From Escherichia phage 500465-1, in sequence record NC_049342.1: a stretch of DNA of 39,179 nt; one strand, written 5' to 3'. Below, piece after piece: positions 13,677 through 22,304 of the stretch. The notes under the pieces are model-generated. The model was not told the origin of the DNA. It made no database searches and saw only the letters and a list, made by a program, of their open reading frames with translations. The first letter of the stretch is position 1; the number at the start of each line of letters is the position of its first letter. Made by a program: the position numbers and the translations under genes.

Positions 13677-13892
13677 ATGACGCTTGAGCGAATCAGCGCC
13701 TTTATCACGTATTGCATCGCCGTCGTGCTGGCCTGGCTGGGCGATTTGTCCATCAAGGATGCCTCAACGCTGGGCGGCCTGATGATCGGTGTGCTGATGC
13801 TGGCTATCAACTGGTACTACAAACACAAAGCCTACCAGCTTCTGCGCGACGGGCAGATCACGCGGGAGGACTATGAATCCATCAATCGTTAA
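13677..13892 (+). CDS. Holin (small class-II / pinholin-like)
   Basis: 71 aa with two hydrophobic segments and a charged C-terminus; sits directly before the endolysin. Confidence 0.7.
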   Translation: MTLERISAFITYCIAVVLAWLGDLSIKDASTLGGLMIGVLMLAINWYYKHKAYQLLRDGQITREDYESINR

Positions 13893-14385
13893 ACGCTGCC
13901 TTGTCGGGACCGTGCTGGCTATTGCTGCCACGCTGCCGGGTTTTCAGCAGCTTCACACCTCCGTGGAGGGACTGAAACTGATTGCCGATTACGAAGGCTG
14001 TCGTCTGCAGCCGTATCAGTGCAGCGCGGGTGTATGGACTGACGGCATTGGTAATACGTCGGGCGTCATTCCCGGCAAAACCATTACGGAACGACAGGCA
14101 GCAGAAGGGCTTATCTCCAACGTGCTGCGTGTGGAGCGGGCGCTGGAAAGATGTGTGAAGCAACAGCCGCCACAAAAGGTGTATGACTCGGTGGTGTCGT
14201 TTGCCTTCAACGTGGGGACAGGCAATGCCTGCAGCTCCACGCTGGTGAAATTGCTCAATCAGCGGCGCTGGGCGGATGCGTGCCGACAGTTGCCGCGCTG
14301 GGTTTATGTAAAAGGTGTGTTTAATCAGGGGCTGGATAACCGCCGTGCGCGGGAGATGGCCTGGTGTTTACAGGGAGCAAACTGA
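13873..14385 (+). CDS. Endolysin, lysozyme fold with N-terminal signal-anchor-release (SAR) segment
   Basis: Hydrophobic N-terminus LVGTVLAIAATLPG then EGLKLIADYEGCRLQPYQCSAGVWTDGIGNT resembling phage 21-type SAR lysozymes. Confidence 0.8.
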   Translation: MNPSIVKRCLVGTVLAIAATLPGFQQLHTSVEGLKLIADYEGCRLQPYQCSAGVWTDGIGNTSGVIPGKTITERQAAEGLISNVLRVERALERCVKQQPPQKVYDSVVSFAFNVGTGNACSSTLVKLLNQRRWADACRQLPRWVYVKGVFNQGLDNRRAREMAWCLQGAN

Positions 14386-14386
14386 A

Positions 14387-14764
14387 ATGAAAAAGAAATT
14401 AATCAGCGGACTGTTTCTGATGTTATGGATGGCGCTGTTAATCGCAGCAATGGTGTATCCGCAGGGGATCTTTCCGGTACCGGCAGCGTCCGGCGTTTGG
14501 GTAGCCTGTTTGCTGGCATGGGCGGTAATTCCGGTAGCACTGGCTGCGTTAATTCAGAATGGCCCGCTCTGGCAGGAGTTAAGGGCATCTTTGCTGAAGA
14601 CAATTACCCGAAAAGAAAACGTATTTATCAGTTGGGTGATGCGATTGCTGATTGTTGTAAGTCTCGCATGGACTGGGTGGGCTATTACCCTGGTCTTTTA
14701 TCTACTGACCGTTATTGCCTTCTGGATCACCCGTAATCAGATGGCGCAACAGGTAGCAGCATGA
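14387..14764 (+). CDS. LysA-like lysis-accessory membrane protein
   Basis: 125 aa with four predicted transmembrane segments; position matches P2 lysA. Confidence 0.6.
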   Translation: MKKKLISGLFLMLWMALLIAAMVYPQGIFPVPAASGVWVACLLAWAVIPVALAALIQNGPLWQELRASLLKTITRKENVFISWVMRLLIVVSLAWTGWAITLVFYLLTVIAFWITRNQMAQQVAA

Positions 14765-15189
14765 ACCGGTTGCTGCTGGTTGTGCTGGCGTTATTACTAG
14801 CGGCGCTGGGCTGGCAGACGTGGCGGCTGGCTGATGCCAGCCAGACCATCAGCACGCAGGCAAACGAGCTGCAGAGCAAAAGCCAGGCACTGGCAAAGAG
14901 CAACAGCCAGCTTATCAGCCTGTCCATTCTGACTGAAACCAATAACCGGGAGCAGGCGCGGCTCTATGCCAAAGCAGAACAGACCAGCGCACAGCTGAGA
15001 CAACGACAACGCCGGATCGAGGAACTGAAACGTGAGAACGAGGATTTACGCCACTGGGCTGATACTCCTTTGCCTGCTGACATTATCCGGCTGCGGGAAC
15101 GTCCGGCACTCACCGGAGGTGCAGCTTACCGTCAGTGGTTGTCCGCGAGTGACGCCGTGTCGGCTGGAGCAGGCAGCACCGCGCACTAA
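14761..15189 (+). CDS. lysB: i-spanin (Rz-like, P2 LysB homolog)
   Basis: N-terminal membrane anchor, coiled-coil region (QANELQSKSQALAKSNSQL...RIEELKRENEDLRHWADTP). Confidence 0.8.
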   Translation: MNRLLLVVLALLLAALGWQTWRLADASQTISTQANELQSKSQALAKSNSQLISLSILTETNNREQARLYAKAEQTSAQLRQRQRRIEELKRENEDLRHWADTPLPADIIRLRERPALTGGAAYRQWLSASDAVSAGAGSTAH

Positions 15190-15322
15190 CGGTGATCTGA
15201 ATGCGTTGCTGGATGAAACGGAGGCCGCCTGGGCGGTCTGTGCAGACAAAGTGGACATGATTATTGCGTGTCAGGAGCGAAACAGTGAACAAACCACAAT
15301 CCCTGCGCCACGCCCTCAATAA
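15032..15322 (+). CDS. lysC: o-spanin lipoprotein (Rz1-like, P2 LysC homolog), embedded in +1 frame of lysB
   Basis: Lipobox LLTLSGC; gene starts inside lysB and extends beyond it. Confidence 0.8.
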   Translation: MRTRIYATGLILLCLLTLSGCGNVRHSPEVQLTVSGCPRVTPCRLEQAAPRTNGDLNALLDETEAAWAVCADKVDMIIACQERNSEQTTIPAPRPQ

Positions 15323-15716
15323 AGCGGTGCCTTATGTCCGCAATAACCCGGACAAACTGCATCTGTTTGTGGATAACGGTTCGCTGGTTGCCACGGGGGC
15401 CAGCTCCATGTCATGGGAGTACCGCTACACCCTGAACGTGGTGATTGAGGATTTCAGCGGCGACCAGAATCTGCTGATGGCCCCGGTTTTGCTGTGGCTG
15501 CGTGATAACCAGCCCGATGCCATCAATAACCAGGCGTTACGGGAAAAGCTATTCACCTTTGAGGTGGATATTCTGCGCAACGATGTCTGTGATATCAGCC
15601 TCAACCTGCAACTGACGGAGCGTGTGCTGGTCAGCACTGACGGCAGTGTGTCGAGCGTTGAAGCTATAGCGGAACCTGATGAACCTGAAGAAATGTGGAC
15701 GGTGAAACGTGGCTGA
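15285..15716 (+). CDS. R: Tail completion protein, P2 gpR homolog
   Basis: GTG start 8 nt after AGGAG (alternative ATG at 15264); LHLFVDNGSLVA...YRYTLNVVIEDFSGD matches gpR. Confidence 0.8.
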   Translation: MNKPQSLRHALNKAVPYVRNNPDKLHLFVDNGSLVATGASSMSWEYRYTLNVVIEDFSGDQNLLMAPVLLWLRDNQPDAINNQALREKLFTFEVDILRNDVCDISLNLQLTERVLVSTDGSVSSVEAIAEPDEPEEMWTVKRG

Positions 15717-16155
15717 ACTGCAGAAAGTGGACGACTGGCTGAGTGCCTTGCTGGCGAATCTGGAGCCAGCCGCAAGAAGCCGCATGATGCGCCAGCTGGC
15801 GCAGGAACTACGCCGGACACAGCAGCAAAATATCAGAATGCAGCGCAATCCAGATGGCAGCAGTTATGAACCGCGACGGGTAACAGCACGCAGTAAAAAA
15901 GGCCGTATCAAACGTCAGATGTTTGCAAAGCTGCGCACCACAAAATACCTGAAAACTTCCGCCAGCGCCGACTCTGCCAGCGTGCAGTTTGAAGGCAAGG
16001 TGCAGCGCATTGCCCGCGTTCACCATTACGGCCTGCGAGATCGCGTCAGTCGTAAGGGACCGGAGGTGCGTTACGCAGAGCGTCGCCTTCTGGGTGTAAA
16101 TGATGATGTTGAGGCAATGACCCGCGACATGATTCTGCAATGGCTGGCGGGGTGA
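15709..16155 (+). CDS. S: Tail completion protein, P2 gpS homolog
   Basis: 148-aa ORF in the gpS position with gpS-like sequence. Confidence 0.8.
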   Translation: MAELQKVDDWLSALLANLEPAARSRMMRQLAQELRRTQQQNIRMQRNPDGSSYEPRRVTARSKKGRIKRQMFAKLRTTKYLKTSASADSASVQFEGKVQRIARVHHYGLRDRVSRKGPEVRYAERRLLGVNDDVEAMTRDMILQWLAG

Positions 16156-16159
16156 TCTT

Positions 16160-16177
16160 TGTATCAGCACTGATACA
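16160..16177 (+). promoter_or_regulatory. Candidate Ogr/Delta activator site of the late promoter upstream of V
   Basis: TGT-N12-ACA dyad (TGTATCAGCACTGATACA), perfect palindrome, in the S-V intergenic region. Confidence 0.45.
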
Positions 16178-16223
16178 AGTTGCAGCACTGCCGCCTTTCT
16201 TCCCCTGATGGCAACCTTTCCCT

Positions 16224-16802
16224 ATGAACGCACAATTAACCGAAATCATGCGCCTTATCACCAACCTGATCCGCACAGGGGTAGTCACCGAAGTGGACAG
16301 GGAAAACTGGCTTTGCCGGGTGAAAACGGGCGAGCTTGAAACCAACTGGATCAGCTGGCTGACGCTGCGTGCCGGGAATGCCCGTACATGGTGGCGACCA
16401 TCGGAAGGTGAGCAGGTGGTGCTGCTGAGTCTGGGCGGCAATCTGGAAACCGCCTTTGCGCTGCCCGCTGTCTATTCGAATCAGTTCGCACCACCGTCGA
16501 CGTCGGCGGACGCCTGCGTGACAGAACATCCTGACGGTGGCTGGTTTGAATACGAACCCGCCACCGGGCGCTGGTATGTCAGGGGCATCAAATCAATGGT
16601 CATTGAGGCTGCTGACAACATCACCATGAAAACCAGTGAGTTTGTACTGGAGGCTGACCGCACGCGCATTAACAGCGAAGTGGTGATCAATGGTGGCGTT
16701 ACCCAGGGCGGCGGAGCGATGAGTTCTAACGGGATCGTGGTTGATGCGCATCAGCATACTGGCGTCCTGAAAGGCGGCGATACAACCGGAGGCCCGGTAT
16801 GA
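16224..16802 (+). CDS. V: Baseplate spike protein, P2 gpV homolog
   Basis: 192 aa; NWISWLTLRAGNARTWWRPSEGEQVVLLSLGGNLETAFALPAVYS matches gpV. Confidence 0.85.
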   Translation: MNAQLTEIMRLITNLIRTGVVTEVDRENWLCRVKTGELETNWISWLTLRAGNARTWWRPSEGEQVVLLSLGGNLETAFALPAVYSNQFAPPSTSADACVTEHPDGGWFEYEPATGRWYVRGIKSMVIEAADNITMKTSEFVLEADRTRINSEVVINGGVTQGGGAMSSNGIVVDAHQHTGVLKGGDTTGGPV

Positions 16803-17158
16803 CGCTTTATAGCGGGATGAACAATACCAGCGGCAAAGTCATTACTGATATTGATCATCTGCGCCAGTCGGTGCGGGACATTCTGCTGACACCGCAGGGT
16901 AGCCGTATTGCCCGCCGGGAATATGGTTCCCTGCTGTCGGCACTGATAGATCAGCCACAAAATCCGGCATTACGCCTGCAGGTCATGTCGGCAGTGTATG
17001 TGGCGCTGAGTCGCTGGGAGCCACGGTTGACGCTGGATTCCATCACCATCAACAGCAATTTTGACGGTTCAATGGTGGTGGAGCTGACCGGGCGGCGGAA
17101 TAACGGTGTGCCTGTGTCCCTTTCCGTATCAACAGGAGCAGAGAATGGCATTGATTGA
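16799..17158 (+). CDS. W: Baseplate protein, P2 gpW homolog
   Basis: 119 aa; ITDIDHLRQSVRDILLTPQGSRIARREYGS matches gpW. Confidence 0.85.
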   Translation: MTLYSGMNNTSGKVITDIDHLRQSVRDILLTPQGSRIARREYGSLLSALIDQPQNPALRLQVMSAVYVALSRWEPRLTLDSITINSNFDGSMVVELTGRRNNGVPVSLSVSTGAENGID

Positions 17159-18053
17159 CCTTTCGCAGTTGCCTGCACCGCAGATTGTGGATGTGCCGGA
17201 CTTTGAGACGCTGCTTGCCGAACGCAAGGCAGAATTTGTGGCGCTTCATCCGAAAGATGAGCAGGAAGCAGTGATCCGCACGCTGGAACTGGAATCTGAA
17301 CCCGCCACTAAATTGTTGCAGGAGAACGCTTACCGTGAGTTGCTTCTGCGCCAGCGCATTAACGAAGCCGCGCAGGCGGTGATGGTGGCTTACGCGATGG
17401 GCGGCGATCTTGACCAGCTCGCTGCCAACTACAACGTGACACGCCTGACGGTGACGCCTGCTGATAATGATGCTGTGCCGCCCGTTGCAGCTGTGATGGA
17501 AAGCGATGAAGCGTTGCGCCTGCGTGTGCCTGCAGCCTTTGAAGGGCTTTCTGTTGCGGGGCCAACTGCAGCTTATGAATTTCATGCCCGAAGCGCCGAC
17601 GGTCGGGTGGCGGATGCCAGTGCAACCAGCCCGGCACCTGCAGAGGTGGTGCTGACTGTCCTTAGCCGCGAAGGCGATGGAACTGCAGAAAAAGACCTGC
17701 TGGACGTGGTGGAAAAAGCTCTGAACAGTGAGAACGTCCGCCCGGTGGCTGACCGTCTTACGGTTCGCAGCGCAGAAATCATCCCGTATCGCGTGGAAGC
17801 CACCATTTTTCTCTATCCTGGACCGGAAGCAGAGCCGGTAATGGCAGCGGCAAAAGCCAGCCTGCAGAAGTACATCGCCAGTCAGACGCGTCTTGGTCGG
17901 GATATTCGCCGTAGCGCCATCTTTGCCGCCCTGCATGTTGAGGGGGTGCAGCGTGTGGAGCTGGCTTCTCCTCTGGCGGATGTGGTCCTGAACAAAACAC
18001 AGGCGGCATCATGTACGCAGTGGAGCGTAACCAACGGAGGAACGGATGAATAG
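17145..18053 (+). CDS. J: Baseplate protein, P2 gpJ homolog
   Basis: ATG after AGGAGCAGAG; MALIDLSQLPAPQIVDVPDFETLLAERKAEF matches gpJ. Confidence 0.85.
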   Translation: MALIDLSQLPAPQIVDVPDFETLLAERKAEFVALHPKDEQEAVIRTLELESEPATKLLQENAYRELLLRQRINEAAQAVMVAYAMGGDLDQLAANYNVTRLTVTPADNDAVPPVAAVMESDEALRLRVPAAFEGLSVAGPTAAYEFHARSADGRVADASATSPAPAEVVLTVLSREGDGTAEKDLLDVVEKALNSENVRPVADRLTVRSAEIIPYRVEATIFLYPGPEAEPVMAAAKASLQKYIASQTRLGRDIRRSAIFAALHVEGVQRVELASPLADVVLNKTQAASCTQWSVTNGGTDE

Positions 18054-18651
18054 TCTGCTGCCACCGGGTTCAACACCACTGGAGCGCCGACTGGCGCAAA
18101 CCTGCAGCGGGATTTCTGATCTGCAGGTGCCGCTTCGTGATTTGTGGAATCCGGCAACCTGTCCGGTCAGTTTCCTGCCTTATCTCGCCTGGGCGTTCTC
18201 TGTGGATCGCTGGGACGAGGGCTGGACAGAAAGCGTCAAGCGCCAGGTGGTGAAGGATGCTTTTTATATTCATCAGCATAAAGGGACCACCAGTGCCGTG
18301 CGGCGGGTGGTGGAGCCGTTCGGATTCCTGATCCGCATTATTGAGTGGTGGCAGACCGGAGAAACACCGGGCACGTTTCGCCTGGATATCGGCGTGCAGG
18401 ACCAGGGCATCACTGAAGATACCTATCTGGAACTTGAGCGACTGATAAGCGATGCCAAACCATGTAGCCGCCACATGATCGGCATGTCCATCAATCTGCA
18501 GACCAGCGGCCCGCATTGGGTGGGAGCCGCCAGCTATCTTGGCGAAGAAATCACGATCTATCCGTATATCAACGAAACGATTATTTCCGGTGGCACCGCG
18601 CATGAAGGCGGGGCGGTCCATGTTATTGACACAATGAGAGTGAATCCATGA
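18046..18651 (+). CDS. I: Baseplate protein, P2 gpI homolog
   Basis: 201 aa; RRLAQTCSGISDLQVPLRDLWNPATCPVSFLPYLAWAFSVD matches gpI. Confidence 0.85.
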   Translation: MNSLLPPGSTPLERRLAQTCSGISDLQVPLRDLWNPATCPVSFLPYLAWAFSVDRWDEGWTESVKRQVVKDAFYIHQHKGTTSAVRRVVEPFGFLIRIIEWWQTGETPGTFRLDIGVQDQGITEDTYLELERLISDAKPCSRHMIGMSINLQTSGPHWVGAASYLGEEITIYPYINETIISGGTAHEGGAVHVIDTMRVNP

Positions 18652-20156
18652 GCACAAAATTTTATACCCTGCTGACGGATATTGGCGCGGCGAAACTTGC
18701 CAGCGCCGCCGCGCTCGGTGTGCCGCTAAAAATTACCCATATGGCGGTGGGCGATGGCGGTGGAGTATTGCCAACGCCGGACGCAAAGCAGACGGCACTG
18801 GTAAATGAGAAACGCCGGGCTGCGCTGAATATGCTTTATATCGACCCGCAGAACAGCAGCCAGATTATTGCCGAACAGGTGATCCCTGAAAACGAGGGCG
18901 GTTGGTGGATACGTGAAGTGGGCCTGTTTGATGAGTCAGGGGCATTGATTGCCGTGGGCAACTGCCCGGAAAGCTATAAGCCGCAACTGGCTGAAGGTAG
19001 CGGGCGCACTCAGACCGTGCGCATGGTGCTGATTACCAGCAGCACGGACAATATCACCCTGAAAATCGACCCTGCTGTAGTGCTGGCAACCCGCAAGTAT
19101 GTGGATGACAAGGCACTGGAGCTGAAGGTGTACGCGGATGATCAGATGGCAAAACATCTTGCCGCACCGGACCCGCATTCACAGTACGCGCCAAAAGCCA
19201 GCCCGACATTTACCGGAACCCCCAAAGCGCCAACGCCAGCGGCGGGGAATAATACCACGCAGGTTGCGACCACTGCGTTTGTACAGGCGGCACTGACGGC
19301 CCTTATTAATGGTGCGCCAGCCACGCTGGACACGCTGAAAGAAATAGCCGCAGCCATTAACAATGATCCGAATTTCAGTACCACCATTAACAATGCGCTG
19401 GCACTAAAAGCACCGTTGTCGAGTCCGGCACTCACCGGAACGCCAACAGCCCCCACGGCGGCGCAGTCGGTCAACAATACACAGATTGCCACTACGGCTT
19501 TTGTGAAATCGGCGATTGCAGGAATGGTGGGTTCTGCACCTGCTGCACTGGATACACTGAACGAACTGGCGGCGGCACTGGGGAATGATCCGAACTTTGC
19601 CACGACAATGCTTAATGCGCTGGCAGGTAAACAACCGCTGGACAATACGCTTACCAATTTGAGTGGAAAGGATGTAGCTGGTCTTCTCACATACCTTGGT
19701 TTGGGAGAAGGCTCTGCATTACCTGTTGGTGTCCCTGTTCCGTGGCCTTCAGCCACTCCGCCAACAGGCTGGCTGAAATGCAATGGTGCGGCTTTTTCTG
19801 CTGAAGAATACCCGGAACTGGCAAAAGTTTACCCGACAAATAAATTGCCTGATTTACGTGGTGAGTTTATTCGCGGCTGGGATGACGGAAGAGGAATTGA
19901 TACTAACCGTAGCTTGCTTTCATCACAGGGCGATGCCATTCGAAATATAATTGGTGCATTAGTGGATGTCAGGTTTAATACCTATCCTTCTGATTCTGGT
20001 GCTTTTACAACCAGCGTCATCGGAGATGCTTCATCTGATTCAATTAAAGGTGGTTATGCAAAGCGAGTAACATTTGATGCTTCCAGAGTTGTTCCAACTG
20101 CAAACGAAAACCGTCCGCGTAATATTGCATTTAACTATATCGTGAGGGCAGCCTGA
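18648..20156 (+). CDS. H: Tail fibre protein, P2 gpH homolog; C-terminal 153 aa lie inside the invertible segment
   Basis: Conserved N-terminus MSTKFYTLLTDIGAAKLA, internal repeats (TQVATTAFVQAAL / TQIATTAFVKSAI), C-terminal collar-like region; crossover site at 19684-19709 in frame. Confidence 0.85.
   Translation: MSTKFYTLLTDIGAAKLASAAALGVPLKITHMAVGDGGGVLPTPDAKQTALVNEKRRAALNMLYIDPQNSSQIIAEQVIPENEGGWWIREVGLFDESGALIAVGNCPESYKPQLAEGSGRTQTVRMVLITSSTDNITLKIDPAVVLATRKYVDDKALELKVYADDQMAKHLAAPDPHSQYAPKASPTFTGTPKAPTPAAGNNTTQVATTAFVQAALTALINGAPATLDTLKEIAAAINNDPNFSTTINNALALKAPLSSPALTGTPTAPTAAQSVNNTQIATTAFVKSAIAGMVGSAPAALDTLNELAAALGNDPNFATTMLNALAGKQPLDNTLTNLSGKDVAGLLTYLGLGEGSALPVGVPVPWPSATPPTGWLKCNGAAFSAEEYPELAKVYPTNKLPDLRGEFIRGWDDGRGIDTNRSLLSSQGDAIRNIIGALVDVRFNTYPSDSGAFTTSVIGDASSDSIKGGYAKRVTFDASRVVPTANENRPRNIAFNYIVRAA
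19684..19709 (+). repeat. DNA-invertase crossover site, left (gix/hix-like, 26 bp)
   Basis: TTCTCACATACC-TT-GGTTTGGGAGAA: two 12-bp half-sites around a 2-bp core. Confidence 0.6.
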
Positions 20157-20758
20157 TGCATAAAGCAATATTAAATAGTGAGCTTATTGCAACAAAGGCA
20201 GGGGATGTTACCGTTTATAACTACGATGGTGAAACACGGGAATATATTTCCACGTCAACTGAATATCTTGCTGTTGGTGTCGGTATTCCGGCATGTTCCT
20301 GTCTTGATGCACCTGGCATACATAAGGTTGGTTATGCTATCTGTCGTTCTGTGAATTTAAATTCATGGGAATATGTGCCAGATCATCGCGGTGAAATCGT
20401 CTATAGCACCGAAACAGGAGAATCGAAAGAAATCACAGCTCCGGGTGATTATCCTGAAAATACAACCACTATCGCCCCGTTAACGCCATACGATGAATGG
20501 AATGGTGAGAAATGGGTGACAGATACCGAGGCACAGCACGGCGCAGCAGTAGATGCAGCAGAAGCACAGCGCCCGTTGCTGATTGATACTGCAATGGCCT
20601 CCATCAGTCTGATTCAACTGAAATTACAGGCCGGACGGAAGCTGACGCAGGCAGAAACAATCCGCCTTAACGCTGTGCTGGATTACATTGACGCGGTGAC
20701 GGCAACAGATACCAGCACAGCGCCGGATGTCATCTGGCCTGAACTGCCGGAGGCGTAG
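20156..20758 (+). CDS. G: Tail fibre assembly chaperone (P2 gpG / Tfa homolog)
   Basis: 200 aa; C-terminus ...LDYIDAVTATDTSTAPDVIWPELPEA typical of Tfa. Confidence 0.8.
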   Translation: MHKAILNSELIATKAGDVTVYNYDGETREYISTSTEYLAVGVGIPACSCLDAPGIHKVGYAICRSVNLNSWEYVPDHRGEIVYSTETGESKEITAPGDYPENTTTIAPLTPYDEWNGEKWVTDTEAQHGAAVDAAEAQRPLLIDTAMASISLIQLKLQAGRKLTQAETIRLNAVLDYIDAVTATDTSTAPDVIWPELPEA

Positions 20759-21191
20759 GCCATTCAATATCTGGCGCACCGGAAGTATCGATCAGCTCCA
20801 GTGCGTCCAGATAATCCAGCCACAAATTATATTGTGCCAGTTCCTCACCTTTCAGACGACCGATAGCTGCTTTACCAGGCCATTGCTTACCGTTCATGTA
20901 TTCGTTGGCATGGTCAATTCTCGACTTTTTCTCTGAGTCAGCCGCAGCAAGTTGTTCTTTATGCGTAGGTGACGGAAGATCTACCCAGCAAGGCAACCCA
21001 TCATCACCAATGCCACGCATTTTACCCTCAGGAGCGTTTCCCATGAAAACCAGTGCATCTTCAGCATTTATATTGATGCCGTCTGACGGCCATGTGCCAG
21101 CAGTTAAATAATCATATTTCAGTGCCACAAGATAAAAAGCATTTTCCGTCGGGCTGAATACATAGTCGACCATTAATATCCCACTCCCCAT
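20730..21191 (-). CDS. Alternative tail fibre assembly chaperone (Tfa-prime), inverted orientation
   Basis: 153 aa; C-terminus ...LDYLDALELIDTSGAPDIEWPTPPAVQAR parallels the G C-terminus; converges on and overlaps G. Confidence 0.75.
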   Translation of the reverse strand: MGSGILMVDYVFSPTENAFYLVALKYDYLTAGTWPSDGININAEDALVFMGNAPEGKMRGIGDDGLPCWVDLPSPTHKEQLAAADSEKKSRIDHANEYMNGKQWPGKAAIGRLKGEELAQYNLWLDYLDALELIDTSGAPDIEWPTPPAVQAR

Positions 21192-21529
21192 ACTGCCACT
21201 GTTGAATTAGATTTCGTGTATGCGCAAGCGGCTTTGAATTTGACCCGGTCAACAATCGCTGCGCTAACAAAAGGGGCTCCATTAGTCGCGTAGATCACAG
21301 AATTGACCAGCGAAGGATTGATGGAAAGGCAAGCATTAGGAAAGGCAACCGGCCATGAGTCATCAACAACGACCATATTACCGTCGGTAGATTGCGGCAC
21401 TGATAGCGTCTTCCACTGAAGCAATGCTGTTCGTTGTACTCCACCAATTAATACTGGAATAGTGATGTTACCTGCACTGCTGGCTAATGCTGTCGCAGCA
21501 GGCATTTTCGCTGCTTCTCCCAAACCAAC
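21173..21529 (-). CDS. Alternative tail-fibre C-terminal segment (Sv-prime); joins H only after inversion
   Basis: Minus-strand frame reads ...VGLGEAAKMP..., in frame with the crossover core just as ...LGLGEG... is in H. Confidence 0.6.
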   Translation of the reverse strand, partial: VGLGEAAKMPAATALASSAGNITIPVLIGGVQRTALLQWKTLSVPQSTDGNMVVVDDSWPVAFPNACLSINPSLVNSVIYATNGAPFVSAAIVDRVKFKAACAYTKSNSTVAVWGVGY

Positions 21530-21540
21530 GTTTAAGAAAA
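21515..21540 (+). repeat. DNA-invertase crossover site, right (26 bp)
   Basis: TTCTCCCAAACC-AA-CGTTTAAGAAAA; the first 14 bp are the exact reverse complement of the inner part of the left site. Confidence 0.6.
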
Positions 21541-21595
21541 TGCAGAGGTAACAGCTAACTGGCATCATCTCCGGTTTTTATTCAGGGGGATGATC

Positions 21596-22162
21596 ATGCT
21601 TATTGGCTATGTACGCGTGTCAACAAATGACCAGAACACCGATTTGCAACGTAATGCACTGAACTGCGCGGGATGTGAGCAGATTTTTGAGGACAAAATC
21701 AGTGGCACTAAGTCCGACAGACCGGGGCTGAAAAAACTACTCAGGACACTATCGGCAGGAGACACGCTGGTTGTCTGGAAGCTGGACAGGTTGGGGCGCA
21801 GTATGCGGCATCTTGTTACGCTGATAGAAGAGTTGCGCCAGCGTGGTGTGAATTTCAGAAGCCTGACTGACAGTATTGATACCAGTACCCCAATGGGCCG
21901 TTTCTTTTTTCATGTCATGGGTGCCCTGGCTGAAATGGAACGCGAACTGATAGTTGAACGTACCAGGGCAGGGCTGGCTGCAGCTCGTGCCAAAGGCAGA
22001 GTAGGTGGACGCCGTCCTAAGTTGACCACCGAACAGTGGGCACAGATTGGGCGTTTACTCGAGGCCGGAGAATCAAGACAGCGTATTGCACTGATTTTTG
22101 ATGTAGGCGTTTCTACCATTTATAGAAAATTTCCGGCAAATAAGATCAATGAATCCCCCTGA
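21596..22162 (+). CDS. Serine DNA invertase (Gin/Hin/Pin/Cin family)
   Basis: MLIGYVRVSTNDQNTDLQRNAL...TLVVWKLDRLGRSM...GRFFFHVMGALAEMEREL almost matches Mu Gin. Confidence 0.9.
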   Translation: MLIGYVRVSTNDQNTDLQRNALNCAGCEQIFEDKISGTKSDRPGLKKLLRTLSAGDTLVVWKLDRLGRSMRHLVTLIEELRQRGVNFRSLTDSIDTSTPMGRFFFHVMGALAEMERELIVERTRAGLAAARAKGRVGGRRPKLTTEQWAQIGRLLEAGESRQRIALIFDVGVSTIYRKFPANKINESP

Positions 22163-22210
22163 ATCAGCATTATGTTGATTATCCCTGCAAGCAGACAAAT
22201 ACCGTTATTT

Positions 22211-22228
22211 TGTGTGAATAACGACACA
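22211..22228 (+). promoter_or_regulatory. Candidate Ogr/Delta activator site of the late promoter upstream of FI
   Basis: TGT-N12-ACA dyad (TGTGTGAATAACGACACA) about 77 bp upstream of FI. Confidence 0.4.
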
Positions 22229-22304
22229 ACTGCGCTTAGCTGTTTGTCAGGCACAATCACTTCAACATAGGGCGAAGCCTAATCCAATCAGGAGGTTCGC
22301 CACT

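Larger units (their letters stand above)
19697..21527. other. Invertible tail-fibre host-range segment (G-segment-like)
   Basis: Bounded by inverted 14-bp identities (GGTTTGGGAGAA + core); holds H C-terminus and tfa on plus strand, and an alternative C-terminus and tfa on minus strand. Confidence 0.65.

Noticed and set aside
17049-17936. 295-aa minus-strand ORF
   Set aside because: Antisense to baseplate gene J; Cys/His/Arg-rich composition, no homology signal.
19142-19783. 213-aa minus-strand ORF
   Set aside because: Antisense to tail fibre gene H; Ala/Gly-rich mirror of the H repeats.
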